Shown: positions 1 to 12,706 of the stretch, in pieces
How the letters are laid out: every line of letters starts with the position of its first letter
Position numbering within the stretch: position 1 is the first letter of the stretch
Origin: Octopus sinensis
Taxonomy: Eukaryota
Assembly (NCBI RefSeq): GCF_006345805.1
Contig: NC_042998.1
Span: forward strand, 31,558,001-31,622,000
DNA: 64,000 bases
Reading direction: 5' to 3'
The notes under the pieces: generated by a model
Database searches by the model: none
Told to the model about the DNA's origin: nothing
What the model saw: only the letters and a program-made list of their open reading frames with translations
Translations under genes and position numbers: made by a program

Positions 1-60
1 ACCGTATACAAATGGAGGGTAAATACCTGATGCACAAATTTTAAGCCAGCATCTGTATAA

Positions 61-100
<40 letters not shown>

Positions 101-817
101 TATATACATATATATATGTATACATACACATATATATATGTATACATACGATGGCATTTAAATTTATATATTTTCTTTTGTGTTTTTAAGAACAACTGAA
201 GGCGTTTTAGTAGTTTAAATTCTTAATAACCTAAATGTATATATATTTTATCGTTGTTTATATGATATTTTATTAATCGCATTGAGCAACTCTAAGACGA
301 GATTCCTTTCTTTTCAAGTTAAATACATTTTACTTTACTATTCTACTGTAACTTTAGACGAAGTTAAAATTAACTAAATTAGAGGCATTTCCCCCATAAA
401 CTTCTGTTAACGTTGATACGACCTTATCACTTGTCTTCAGTATAATGCCAAGTTTTCAGCTGATAGCAACGTCCATTCAATAGAATGTTAATTCCCTTTC
501 CTCTGATAAAATCCATTCTATAGGACTAATTTATTTAGTTTATCTTCGGAAAGGTTTGCAGCAAGATAAGAAACTGAATTGCGTATAAGTTAAAAAGAAA
601 ATAAGACCGTTTTAGTGTTGCCAAATGCGATAGATGATATGGTACTTAAAATAGAATAAAAGGGGCTTGGAACTATTGAAATTTAAAGCAATGAAACTTC
701 TTAAATAATTGTTAAGAAGTTTAAGAAAATTAATAAAGAAACGAACTCACATATACACACACACAGAGGCAGGCATATGTATGTATGTATATATGTATGT
801 GGGCAAGGGTATATGCA

Positions 818-882
818 TCTACCTACCTACCCACCTACCCATCTACCTACCTACCCTCCTACCTACCTACCTACCTACCTAC

Positions 883-928
<46 letters not shown>

Positions 929-954
929 GTCTGTCTGTCTGTCTATCTATCTAC

Positions 955-1028
<74 letters not shown>

Positions 1029-1073
1029 GCCTAACTGTCTGCTTGTCTGTCTGTCAGTCAGTCTGTCTGTCTG
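818..1073. repeat. Compound tetranucleotide microsatellite (CTAC)n/(CTAT)n/(CTGT)n
   Basis: Directly visible; explains the low-complexity ORFs 709-1150. Confidence 0.95.
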
Positions 1074-1077
1074 CATA

Positions 1078-1303
1078 CAGTAACCTCTCGCCATATCACG
1101 GTTCACCTATCACGGTTTATTATTTAAGCTTAACATCGAGTCTGCCGTAGTGTTGTTTGACATTTATAATAAAATAAATACATATAAATTATAAAAATAG
1201 TAAAAAAAACATACAGGACAGTACTGCTTCTATTTTGCGGATTTTCAACTATCGCTGGGGGTAGGTTTGGAACGTAATACCCGCGATAGTCAGGGGATTA
1301 CTA
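1078..1303. mobile_element. pogo/Tigger-like MITE
   Basis: TA|CAGTAACCTCTCGCCATATCACGG at the left end and CCGCGATAGTCAGGGGATTACTA|TA at the right end form imperfect TIRs flanked by TA. Confidence 0.55.
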
Positions 1304-1884
1304 TATATGTATATATGGGCGCGCGTGTTGGTGTAGACGCAATATAGAAAGAAAGGGAAGACAGAAAACCATCTAAGAAGTCAATAATCGGTGGTGCCTA
1401 ACCAGCAGTTGTATATTGTGTCTATAGCTAAAACATTTAACCTTCTATCATTCATCTTGAAGTTACAGCAAATAAAGAAAACAGCATACGAAAATTTATA
1501 AATGCGAGTCGCAGCGTCTGTTAAAAACGACAAGGATTATGTGGGTTTCTACTTGAACTTAAATCTTCACAACAAGATTACTTGATGCAATTCTCGTCTG
1601 CAGCCAATGGCTTTATTTCATATCGATAAATGAATAAACAAAAACAAATTACAATTATAAAACTTCAAGTAGGATTTTTTTGATCATCTGATACCAGACT
1701 TTGCCTATGGAATATGAATGTATAGAAATCTATAAACGGTTATGAATTCCTACACATATTAAGTTTTGTGGAGATGGAACAGTTGAGAAGAGCGATGTGA
1801 ACGCTTCCTATCGATCTGCCGGGTGTAAGCAGACTAGTGTGCATAACATTGGACCAAATTTGCTAGACAGATATCAAATATCGG

Positions 1885-2512
1885 TTTTAAATTTTGGTAC
1901 AAGGCCAGCAATTTCAGGAGAGGCGGTCAGTCGATTACATCGAACCCAGTGTTCAACTGGTACTTATTTTAACGACCCCGAATGGATGAAAGGTAAGGAC
2001 GATCTCAGCGGAATTTGAATTCAGAATGTAAAGACGGACGAAATACAGCTTAACAATTTGTCCCGCATGATAACGATTCTTTTTTACTCTAGGCACAAGG
2101 CCCGAAATTTGCGGGGAGGGCGCCAGTCGATTAGATCGACCTCAGTACGCAAATGGTACTTAATTTAACGACCCCGAAAGGATGAAAGGCAGAGTCGACC
2201 TCGGCGGAATTTGAACACAGAACGTATTGGCAGACGAAATACCGCTAAGCATTTCGCCGAGGCGTGGTAACGATTCTTATTTCTTTATTGCCCACAAGGG
2301 ACTAAACATAGAGGGGGCAAAGAAGGACAGACAAACGGATTAAGTCAATTATATCGACCCCAGGGCGTAACTAGATACTTAATTTATCGCCCCCGAAAGG
2401 ATGAAAGGCAAAGTCGACCTCGGCGGAATTTGAACTCAGAACGTAGCGGCAGACGAAATACCGCTAAGCATTTCGCCGAGGCGTGGTAACGATTCTGCCA
2501 GCTCGCCGCCTT
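1885..2512 (-). mobile_element. Three tandem copies of a tRNA-derived SINE (family A)
   Basis: Repeated GACCCCGAAAGGATGAAAGGCAAAGTCGACCTCGGCGGAATTTGAAC core; minus-strand head AAGGCGGCGAGCTGGCAGAATCG with A-box and GTTCAAATT B-box-like motif; the same family recurs across the window. Confidence 0.85.
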
Positions 2513-3534
2513 AGACAAATGCCAAATATCAAATTTTCATAATATATTGCATATTTAGATTCGTAATTTCATCGGTCACTGACAGAAATACAAGGAGATT
2601 GAAGCACTATAAAATGTTAATCTTTAATTACGTTCAAATATTAAATAATTCTATACTCCCACATGAGTCGTTGATAGGTTAGCTTAGTTTTTCTGAACTA
2701 TTTATCTCACATGTTGTATTACTAGTAACTTTCACTGAGAGTTCGTTTGTTTTATTCTTACGTAACTACACAGATTTAATGCAGGTATCAATATGGAAGT
2801 ATATCTCCAATGCAAGCTGTCAACCAGCTAAACTTATATACGTATCAACGAAATCTGAATTGTAAATAATGTCTGGATTTTCCGGTAGCTGAACTATATC
2901 CCGTAAAGAGAGCCATGTTACGGCGAAGTTGAAATTGAGTTTCCAAAAGCTTGGTTGTCAGGTATTTAACTGAATAAAACCGAAAAGTCATGTTGTGCTA
3001 AGATGACAGAAGTTATAATTTTGTCTACAAATTTGACAATTTGCCAATAACTATAACGAAATCAAATAAACGAACAAGCTGAAATCAGTAACAAATATCG
3101 AAACAAACGCACACAGTTAACAGCATATAATGCTCGCCAAATATATGTGTTATATGTAAAGTTCAATAAAAGTAGCTAAAAATACATGAAAAATTGCTGT
3201 CCAAATATTTTCGCTTCAAATTATTTCTCTGTATTGATTAATGTAATTATAGGAGAAACATTATCTAATATATTTATTGTAATAATAAGACAGTAATGTG
3301 ATATGGTTTTATGATTGTTTCTGTGCAAATTTATTCAAAATTTATGCATATTTTCTAATCATCTTTGAACTTATAAACGCTTACTCACATGCGTGTAAAC
3401 CGGTTACACATTTTTAATCATGCATAAACACACACGGTTATGCATAAACACACACGCACACATACATAAATGATCATTCTGTAACGTTCGTATTTTACGC
3501 TTACATCTCTCTCTCTCTTTCTCTCTCTCTCTAT

Positions 3535-3580
<46 letters not shown>

Positions 3581-3584
3581 GTAT

Positions 3585-3825
3585 AAATTAGAGATAAAAT
3601 TAGAGATAAAACCAATATTAGGCAACTCCACCGTTGGCGATTTTTATTCCTCCGTCTTCCCTTCTCTGGATCTTTCCTTTTCCTATGTTTCTGACGAAGA
3701 GCTCCGCTCGAAACGTTAAACCCTCCTTCATCCCTTCCTTCTTGAGTGTCTAATAATACTATATTTGTTCCACGTCCTCGCGTTGTTGTGTTTTCTCTTT
3801 GTGTTTTCATGTTTGGATTAACTAT
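3585..3825 (+). mobile_element. Short Penelope-like (pLTR-type) repeat with a minimal type I hammerhead motif
   Basis: GTTT-CTGACGA-A-GAGC(TCC)GCTC-GAAA-CG-TT-AAAC at 3687-3721; flanked by (TA)n. Confidence 0.6.
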
Positions 3826-4118
3826 ATATATATATGGTTGAAAAGGAACACACGGGTTGATATGTATATGGAAAAAAACTCAAGGTAGAAAATGCTAAAA
3901 TTATTTTTTAAAAAACATTTCAGTACCAGTTTCAGTCATTGACACTTTTTCAACTGTAAGCATAGAAGAACAATTAAATTTTGGAAAAATTAAAAGAAAA
4001 GTTTTTTAAAAGAATATTTGCATAGTATTCAAATGCAATGGGTATGTTACTTGTTTCTGCCTGTCTCTGTCTCTCTTGTTTACTCTTGTTGGTTCGAACT
4101 CGTTGTGAATTCTTGGCA

Positions 4119-4188
4119 GAGAAGAAGAAGAAGAAGAAGAAGAAGAAGAAGAAGAAGAAGAAGAAGAAGGAAGAGAAGGAGAATAATA
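4119..4188. repeat. (GAA)n trinucleotide repeat
   Basis: Directly visible. Confidence 0.95.
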
Positions 4189-4619
4189 ATGCGGGAATGC
4201 TATGATAGTAGTAGGATGTTAAATAGTCAAGTGCCCTGAATGTGATCCGTTGTGGATGGTAGTAGTGATTGAATTTATGAGACATCTCTTTTGGCTTTAT
4301 TGTATATAATATTTGCGTAGGTGTTATTCTAAACAGTAGTAGTAGTAAAGTAAGGAAAGAGGTGGCGAAGAAAAGGAAGACATGCTAATATCCGGATAGA
4401 GTGATGTCGGTATGATGAGCTTCTTTTATGTTAGTTGTTGTAAAGTTTTAATTCGTTATAGAGTGTTGTAAAGTGGAATATGTCAAAAGGAAAATTTACT
4501 AAATCTCAAACAGTTGTTGGGTTTAAATATACCGAACGTAAGTACGAGACTGCTGATAATATATATAAATATATATATATATATATAACTTATTATCCGT
4601 GCAAATTCATCTACACAAA

Positions 4620-6180
4620 TAACTCTCTCCAACTAAATATTTATTGTCACAGATAAAAGTATTAATTCAAATGTTCTGAAAGAAACCGTACGAACGTAAA
4701 ATGTTAAGTCATCGAATTTAGAGCTAATTGGATAGAATTGTAAATTTTGCAAATTCGATGAATCCGTAAGACAACACAATTGATCTTTGATGAAAATTAT
4801 ATAACTTTAGAATGAGAAAAAGTTGAAGTCAAATGATTTATAAATGTTCATGTCAATCTGATGATCGGTTACATGAACCTGAGAGTACGAATTTGTGAAG
4901 TTTTTCAGCTCCAGCAGAAGGCTGTATAGTGTCAGAAGACTATTTTCTCCACTTTTTTGAATCAATGTACTCACAAGTGTTCATGAGTTTCCTCTTTATG
5001 TTAGAGCACTATTTACAGGAAGAAGAAAGAGCAAATGGAAAATAGAATTATACTCACTGAATTTTCAATTAAGAATATTTCTATACTGCTGACTAATCAA
5101 TATTTAAAGAACATGTCTGAGAAAACCGAAGATTTCATATGCAGAATCAGGTGCTGAAAGAGTAAGTTTTCATTGACGAAGAGAATGGCTGCATAATAGC
5201 ACGGAAAATAAATACGGATTTAAATCAAAGAATGTCCCACCAGCTATTAAAGATCAAGAAACATTTGGAGAGAACTGTTTAGTTTGATAAGGAAAATGAA
5301 ATCCCCTTAAGCATATGATAACTTACAAAGAACCTTTAACGATAATTGTAATTTCGTACGGTATGCAAAGAAAATCCGCAAGACTATATTAATAATAATT
5401 CTATCCACACACCTTGTATCCTTAAGAATATATTTTGCAATATAGATAAGCGAATCTCCTGTTTGTAAGTGTCAAACCTGTTATGCTAGCAATGAAAATA
5501 GCCACAGGATAACACGCAGGATTATTTCCAGGAAGAATTTATAGTTCAATCCAATATATACTACGAATTTCAAAACTAATATAGCTAGGGAATCCTCAAA
5601 TTTAGTATCAAGGTTGTTTTCCCAGGTGGGTATAACTATTATGGAATTTAAAGCAGTTAGCTGTTAGCAACAAGTTGATTAAGCAACATATTGTGAGAGG
5701 ACTCGCTGAAGCCAAATCAAAAAGGGAACTAAGTGTAACTGTATAAACTCTAGTAACCGCCTCCTTCATGGTAATTTTCCGATCAAAGCAGTAATATATA
5801 AACATAATGTTCAAGTCGATACCAGCGCTGTGGAAAAAGAAAGCCTTACATGAACTTACATAGGAACAACAGAAAACAGATTCAGAACGAGCACCAAAAT
5901 CCTTTGAGAATTTGTTCTCAAGAAATCTATGCAAAATGTACAGCAATTAAAAGAAGCCGGTTCAACCCCCCCCCCCAAAATCAGGTGGCTAACTTACTAA
6001 TAAAATCCCATACAGACATAGGTTCTAACACCATTGTATGGAGTGCCCGTAATTTTTGTGTGAGAAGTATTGTATCCTGATTCGGGGTAAATTATTTTTA
6101 GAACAAAAATGTGATATACTGAACTGTTGCAAAGAAACAACGAAATTTTGAGTTTCGAGGCTCCTTCAGCTGCATGACTA
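4620..6180 (+). pseudogene. Decayed Penelope-like retroelement (N-terminal region, linker and GIY-YIG endonuclease; RT core apparently deleted)
   Basis: Manual translation gives KNISIL..YLKNMSEKTEDFICRIR (~5070), YGFKSKNVPPAI (~5212), FNPIYTTNFKTNIARE (~5545), KCNC..VIYK..TYIGTTENRF (GIY-YIG, ~5730-5885), LLQRNNEILS (~6125); many stops and frameshifts; left boundary uncertain. Confidence 0.7.
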
Positions 6181-6219
6181 ATGCATATAACGATTTTAAT
6201 CTCTCGCATATTGTTACAA

Positions 6220-7690
6220 TTGTTGTTGTTGTTGTTGTTAGTTTTGTTTTACTTCTCAGAACGTTCGGTCTTGTTTGATCTGGTAGATTCTGTGAGAGCG
6301 GACAGCAGGTTGCTTTCGGCTCAGAGGTCTCCCAGGGTCTCTTTCCGCACATTATAAGCTTTGATATTTGATTTTTAATTATCGTGGGAGACATTCAACA
6401 TCCAAGTACTAATCTGAAAATCCTAGCTGTCCTCAGCAGAACAGATTTTTTGGCTTGCTCTGCTCTCATGGCAATTCCGATTTCAATGACATATTTCTCA
6501 GATTTAGTTGTTAGTGCTTCGAATACCCCTGGAATGACAGACACTCTCCTCATAGTCCACATTCTTGCGATTTCATCTTTTAGAAGTCTGTACTTTTCAA
6601 TCTCTTCTAGTTCTCTGTCACGCGTGCATCTCCGGGTATTGCAATATCTATAATCTTGGCTTCCTTTTTTCTTCTATCTACCACAACAATATCTGGTCTC
6701 CGAGCCTAAATTAGGGAGTCACATTAGACTGTAAAATCCCACAGTATCTTATGTTCCTTGTTCTCGGTGACTTCTTGTATTTCATGTTCGTACCATTTCC
6801 GTACTTTTTACATGGCCTCCAGAGGACGGACTTAGCCACATTATCGCGCCTCGTTTTGTAGTACTTTTGGGCCAGCTTGCTACACTCACTCACAATATGT
6901 GAGATTGTTTCCTTTCTGCTGCCACACATCCTACAAAGGGGCGATTGGCTACTCTATCTATTTGGAAATTGGTGTAAATAGTTCTTAGAACTTGTTCCTG
7001 GGCGCTGCATGTCAACTCCTCACTGCATCCTTTCACATCAGTTTTTCGTAGCCATCTTCAAGTGTTGATCTAGCCTTTTCCTTCGATTTCTCTGAGGTAT
7101 TGCATATACAGTTGTTTCCTTTTCCAGTTGTATGCTCCTTCTTCTTCATCTTGCTTCTTAAATGCTTGTAGGTTCAGGAAATTTTCGATATGTATTATAT
7201 TGTTAATTCTAACAGCGGCAAGCAAAGAATCACTCAGCCGTGTGATGTACATTTCCAGAATGTTCCCGTTGACAACACAGAACTTGCATTTTATGAAACT
7301 TCTTCTATCCCTGCTTCTTGGCACATACAGTCTGTCATTATCGCTTTTAGGGAATAGTTCCTTGTTAATTGTCACCACGTTTATTGTTTTCTTGTTCAAT
7401 TCCTCAAGCGCATTCTTTCTCCACTTAAACACACATGCACCATATTGCATTAAGCAAACAACCCTGATGTCCATTGCCCTGATCTTGATTTTTCCATTGA
7501 GTCTACTTCCCATAATTGACTTGGTTCTTCTGAGATATTCTCGCCTAAAGTTTTCCTTCATATCACTTTCCTTGATTTTGTCGTATTCTGAAATCCCCAG
7601 ATATTTATATCCATTAGTCTTATAAATCCTTGATTTCCTCACCGTTGAGTACCTCTACACCATCAGATGACACTACTTTGCCACTTTGAA
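6220..7690 (-). mobile_element. Decayed R4/Dong-like non-LTR retrotransposon 3' portion (RT thumb, CCHC, restriction-like endonuclease)
   Basis: ORF 7070-7642 YKYLGI..LYVPRSR; ORF 6711-6929 CGSRKETISHIVSECSKLAQKYYKTRRDNVAK; RPDIVVVD-like motif near 6690; (AAC)n-type tail near 6221. Confidence 0.8.
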
Positions 7691-7699
7691 TTATAAGCA

Positions 7700-7716
7700 T
7701 TCTTCTTCTTCTTCTT

Positions 7717-7777
<61 letters not shown>

Positions 7778-7832
7778 TATCATTATTATTATCATTATTA
7801 TTATTATTATTATTATTGTTATTATTATTATT
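7700..7832. repeat. (TTC)n(TTA)n microsatellite
   Basis: Directly visible. Confidence 0.95.
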
Positions 7833-8248
7833 GTTTCAGATGTGCTGCTTATCTCCTTGTCCTATCATGGATTCCTAAAGATCATCGCATTTCATTCTTA
7901 CACAGTTCTTTCTTTTACATAACATATTCATAATGTTTTCGCAACACCTTTTGCTTTCTCCGCTGGTCATATAAGGTTATACCTACGCTTTTTACTTTTA
8001 AGAGAGTTTTATCTCATTACACCTGCTTAAAATTATTGTTCCTGCGTTTTTTCCATGTCGTTTCAACTTTTAGAAATCTACTTTCGCCCGTTTAATTTTG
8101 ATTAAATTTTAGGCCTGTGTTATCATTGCAGCCTGTATTTTTCTTTTGTTATTGCAGCCTGCACGTGAAGTGTAACATTGCGTCTTTCTCCATCTAATTC
8201 CTTTAATCATCAAGCATGCTTTTCGAAACTCTTACTTTCTTACCTCTG

Positions 8249-8249
<1 letters not shown>

Positions 8250-8279
<30 letters not shown>

Positions 8280-9230
8280 TGTATGTATGTATGTATGTAT
8301 GTATGTATGTATGTATGTATGTATGTATGTATGCATGTATGTATGTATATTTGTATGTCATTATTCAGTTTTACTTCAAGATTTCTTGCCAATACAGAAA
8401 CAGCCGGTTTCTAATCTAGATCCAAGGCCCTTTCATTGGAATTTCAACATCAACAGAGTATTTTTGTTTGTATGTATGTGTACGAGCAGATTTGTATGTT
8501 TTGTTTTATGTATGTATTCTCATGCATATAGTTGCATATCTAGACATGCTCATATATATTTAAATGACAAACTTCCGGAAAGTTTTACAGATGTTTACAG
8601 TTCCAGTGATGGATTAGATATGTAGTCTTTGAATTAGCATTCTCCTTTCTGGTTTTCAGAAGCCTAATTTCTCAATTTTGGTATTTAGACTGTGTGTTAC
8701 ATATTCCAGGGCCCCAATAATTACAGGTATAAACCTGAACTTGTAATCTGCATAGAGTAACTCTAGATTTCTCAGTAGTTCAGCGTAGGTGTTCTCTTTC
8801 TCACTGATCTTCAGCTTTATATTAACATCCAGTTTCCACAACTGTACACTTTCTCTTCTTCATCTCAAACCATTATATCAAGTCTATTGTGTTAACATTT
8901 TATAGAGGTCTTCACTGGGACATTCCACCGGTACTCCTCTTTATTATGAGTGGCTATGTTTTCCACTATTCTGGGGGTTCTTATTCCTTTGTCCTCCGGA
9001 TTATCCTTCCGACGGATCTCGTTATATGGTATCCTAGCTACAACATCATGTTTCATCTGTAGATATTATCATGATGGCATTTTCGGACAACTTCTTATGA
9101 TGTGGGTGATATCTTCGGTGTTAACTCCACAAAGTCTGCATCGGTTGTCACATTTTGCTGCTGTTCCTGCATCTCTATCCCTTTTGTGTATCAGGTATTT
9201 GGTTATTAATAAGGATTGCAAACGCATATC
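8250..9230 (-). mobile_element. RLE-type (R4/Dong-like) LINE 3' fragment with (CATA)n tail
   Basis: ORF 9069-9302 CRLCGVNTEDITHIIRSCPKM (CCHC); ORF 8656-8841 EKENTYAELL..FIPVIIGAL (RLE end); tail repeat at 8250-8345. Confidence 0.75.
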
Positions 9231-9359
9231 CTTCAAAGTGAGGGGTAATAATCCGGTTGTTGCTCCATGATAGAATGATTTGATGATCAATGTTACTACC
9301 ATAGTTCAGCGTAGGCATTTTCTTTTCGCTGACACGAACGTATGTATAAAAAATTATGA

Positions 9360-9715
9360 AAGAATTTGTTATATACCGTGCTCAACTATACTACAATGAA
9401 GAAAAAAGCCTTCAGGTGAACTGACGGCGGATTTCATAAAGCATGGAAGTTTTGAAGGTTTTAGTGTCCCGACAGCTAACGACTGATGCGGGCAGTTTAT
9501 TCCTTGCTTCAACAATTCTGAGCGTGAATGCTTACGAGAGTAATGGGTGCTGTGGTGTTTTGTTTTGGATTTTGTAAGCATGCCCAAGAGTGTTTGTCAT
9601 ATGAAATTCAAAACGTTGGTCAAGTTTAATGTTGGAAAGATGGTGGATAATATTATGGATGTCTACCAAATCAGTTGACATACATCTGAGCTTCAATGTA
9701 TCCATTGTTTGCATG
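9360..9715 (-). mobile_element. CR1-like LINE ORF2 3' fragment
   Basis: [20 protein letters not shown] in ORF 9532-9714, followed in another frame by VEARNKLPASVVSC..FKTSML, typical of the CR1 C-terminus. Confidence 0.65.
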
Positions 9716-9747
9716 TATGCATGTATGTATGCATGTATGCATGTATG

Positions 9748-9815
<68 letters not shown>

Positions 9816-9864
9816 CATATATAAATATATAAGTGTATATATATATGTGTGTATGTATTAAGTG

Positions 9865-10075
9865 TGTATTTGTGTGAGTCTGTAATTGCCCCCATCACCG
9901 CTTGACAACCGGTGTTGATGTCTTTACGTCCCGTAAAGACATCAACGCTTCTGCAAGAGAAACGATAGAATTAAGTATTAGGCTTAAAAAATATGTCATC
10001 GGATCGATTTTTTTGACTAAAATCTTTCATGGCTGCGTTCCAGCATGGGCGCAGTCAAATGACTGAAAGAAATGA
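9865..10075 (+). mobile_element. SINE family B 3' fragment
   Basis: CCGCTTGACAACCGGTGTTG...CCAGCATGG..GCAGTCAAATGACTGAAA is the reverse complement of copies at 32345 and 43660. Confidence 0.65.
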
Positions 10076-10567
10076 GAGAATGTAAAAACAGCCCCAAATA
10101 ATTAAAGACAATAAAAATGTTTAGAAACAAAAAGAAATAATAAAACGTAGAAGGAATAAGGGAAAGGAATCCTGATGCTCTTCTGATAAATAAACTGAAA
10201 ACAAATAAGACAAGAAATACATACAAATCCATGAATCTTCTTTAACTGAAAATTTAGGCGGTAAAGGTTACAAATTTATAAACCTATACATTCGTAAAGT
10301 CGAATCGTATATTACAAATGACAACGGAAATATAAATATACAGGTTTTCATTTGTAAACAGTGGATAAAATGGAAGTGTAGTAACTTTAAAGATACTTAC
10401 TCAGTTAATGCAGAATCTTTATGTATTATGTTGCTAAATTATGTATTCAGTTACCTTAAATCATTTATATTCTGTTGAATTGTGATATTTGAATATCAGT
10501 GTCATTGCCCGTTGATTCTGAATGAAATGGCAACGCACACACACGCACACACACACACACGCACACA

Positions 10568-10633
<66 letters not shown>

Positions 10634-11759
10634 ACACGCACACACATTGCACAGTAGAAAAATTGCAATGAAGTGAGTTATGCAAAGTTGCGGACAATTT
10701 TTATTCTGGGTTAAGAAACGGGAAAAATTAAAAGACATCAGAATTTACATAATCTGCTTGAGTAATTGGCTGCAACTGACGTTCAAGACAACGTGAGCTT
10801 GCATACGTGGACAGGAAAAACTAGGAAGGAGAAACCCAGTGGAAGAGAGTAGAAAAGGGAACTGAATTTAAAATAGGAATAGAAGCGAGTGAAGATTAGA
10901 GAGGAGTAAAACATGAAGACGAGAGGAGAGCTGAATAATAAAAATCAGATTACTGAACTAAAGAAAGAAGGAGGGATTAGCAAAGAACATTCATTTAAAC
11001 CCGTTGGTGCTATGGTTCTGAGTTTGAATACGAAACGATGTTTGTTCCGTTTCTTTGAGTGTCCGCATCCATGATGTGTAGGGATACCACACGATTATAG
11101 ATGAGTAAATGAGTGACTACTTGTATTGGTGGAGGGCAGCAACAGGTTGGTCAAGTAAGCGTAGAAGTATGCCTTGTATGTATTTTCAAAAGCGATTAGC
11201 AAAGCGTAGGCTTGTTCCTCTCTTTAAAACCAATCAGCCGCTCGTCTTCCAAATATAACGCGCACTCATTCGTGACTTCCATTTTCTACTCTTTGATATC
11301 AGAACCACTTTGAATTTTACCGCTCTACCTCTCGTTGCATTGAAAGATGTCAATCTCAACAACCTCGCAGTAAAAGGTTTCAAAGCGATGATCCATACTC
11401 AACCAGAGACTTTTAAATACACTCAACGACGATATATGTCTTTTACAATAACAATACTAGAGCCATCACTGGGCCTATTCACCGTACAAAGTTTTCCAAA
11501 GCTCCTACTGCATATATTCTACTCCATGTAGTAGTTCTTCAAACTTTTCCGCTGCACTTTACACTGAAGAAAAAGGCGGTTACCTTGGCGATTGCTTTCG
11601 TGAATACATTCGAAGCACATTCTTTCCCTACCGTCATCTTACAGTAGAATCACTGCATTCTTTCTCTCGATTTCTACAACAATGCAAGCCTGGCCGACAC
11701 AAACAACCACCAGTATACTTGGGTGCTGTTTAGTATGTATATGTATATATATATACGCT

Positions 11760-11994
11760 ATGTTGGATCGTTAGCCCCTACACGCATTTTTTCTCTCCTT
11801 GTTTCTCTCCTAGTTCTTTTTCTGTGTATCTTTCTCTCGAAAGATACACAGGCTCGAAACGTAAAAGACTTGTTTTATTTCTATTCCTGAGCGCCATACT
11901 AATACATTATTTGTTTGTACTCCACCTCCCTTCGTCTTTTGTTTATTTTCGTAAACCTGCCTTCGTCCTTTGTTTATTTCCGTAAACCTTCCCG

Positions 11995-11995
<1 letters not shown>
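11760..11995 (+). mobile_element. Short Penelope-derived repeat (same family as 63140-63320)
   Basis: Shares GGCTCGAAAC(G/A)TAAAAGACT..CCTGAGCG..ATACTAATACA..CACCT..CTTCGTCTTTT with 63140-63320. Confidence 0.6.
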
Positions 11996-12039
<44 letters not shown>

Positions 12040-12043
12040 ATAT

Positions 12044-12290
12044 ATGGATTGTGTTTCACTACAGCTGTTTCAAAGGTGTTTTTTATTCATGAATACAAGT
12101 GTTATACCACGCTCAGTTGTTTGGTCGGTAGAGTAAAAAATGCCAGTTTTTACTTGTTATTGAGATGCCCAAAAGGTTTAATTCTTACATGCATTCACCA
12201 GATGAAAACGTATTTCTTGCATGGGGTAACAAATCAATTCATGACTAAAACAATACACGTCTGAAACAGCTGTAATGGACCACAATCCAT
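12044..12290 (+). mobile_element. Penelope pLTR-like repeat with hammerhead-like motif and an inverted partial copy
   Basis: TTCAC-CAGATGA-[long stem II]-GAAA-CAGCTG-TA at 12194-12279; 12044-12080 is an inverted copy of 12255-12290. Confidence 0.5.
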
Positions 12291-12546
12291 CTGTTGTTAT
12301 TTACATGATATTCACCAAACTGGGAACCTGCAATTCGATTGGATCTGGAGTCTATTGAGTGTAGTACAATGGGTGCAGTGTTTGTACCGATGTGCCACCT
12401 TGAGGACGCGTTGTATGTTCAGCCGGCAATTTTTGATTCTCTGCAAAAAGGGTGTATAAAGTCGTTTTTATTTTAGTAAGCGAAATCACCGATCCAACCT
12501 TGGCGCTTTACTATTTAAATACCTGATTCGCTTGAATCTTGAAATT

Positions 12547-12595
<49 letters not shown>

Positions 12596-12662
12596 CGTAA
12601 TACATATATATATATATATATATACGTAATACATAATACATATATACATACATGCATACACG

Positions 12663-12706
<44 letters not shown>

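Noticed and set aside
709-1150. Three overlapping ORFs of 85-124 aa
   Set aside because: Microsatellite translations (YLSI/SVCL repeats).
11000-11720. Coding-like composition suggesting another decayed TE
   Set aside because: No motif could be assigned by eye.
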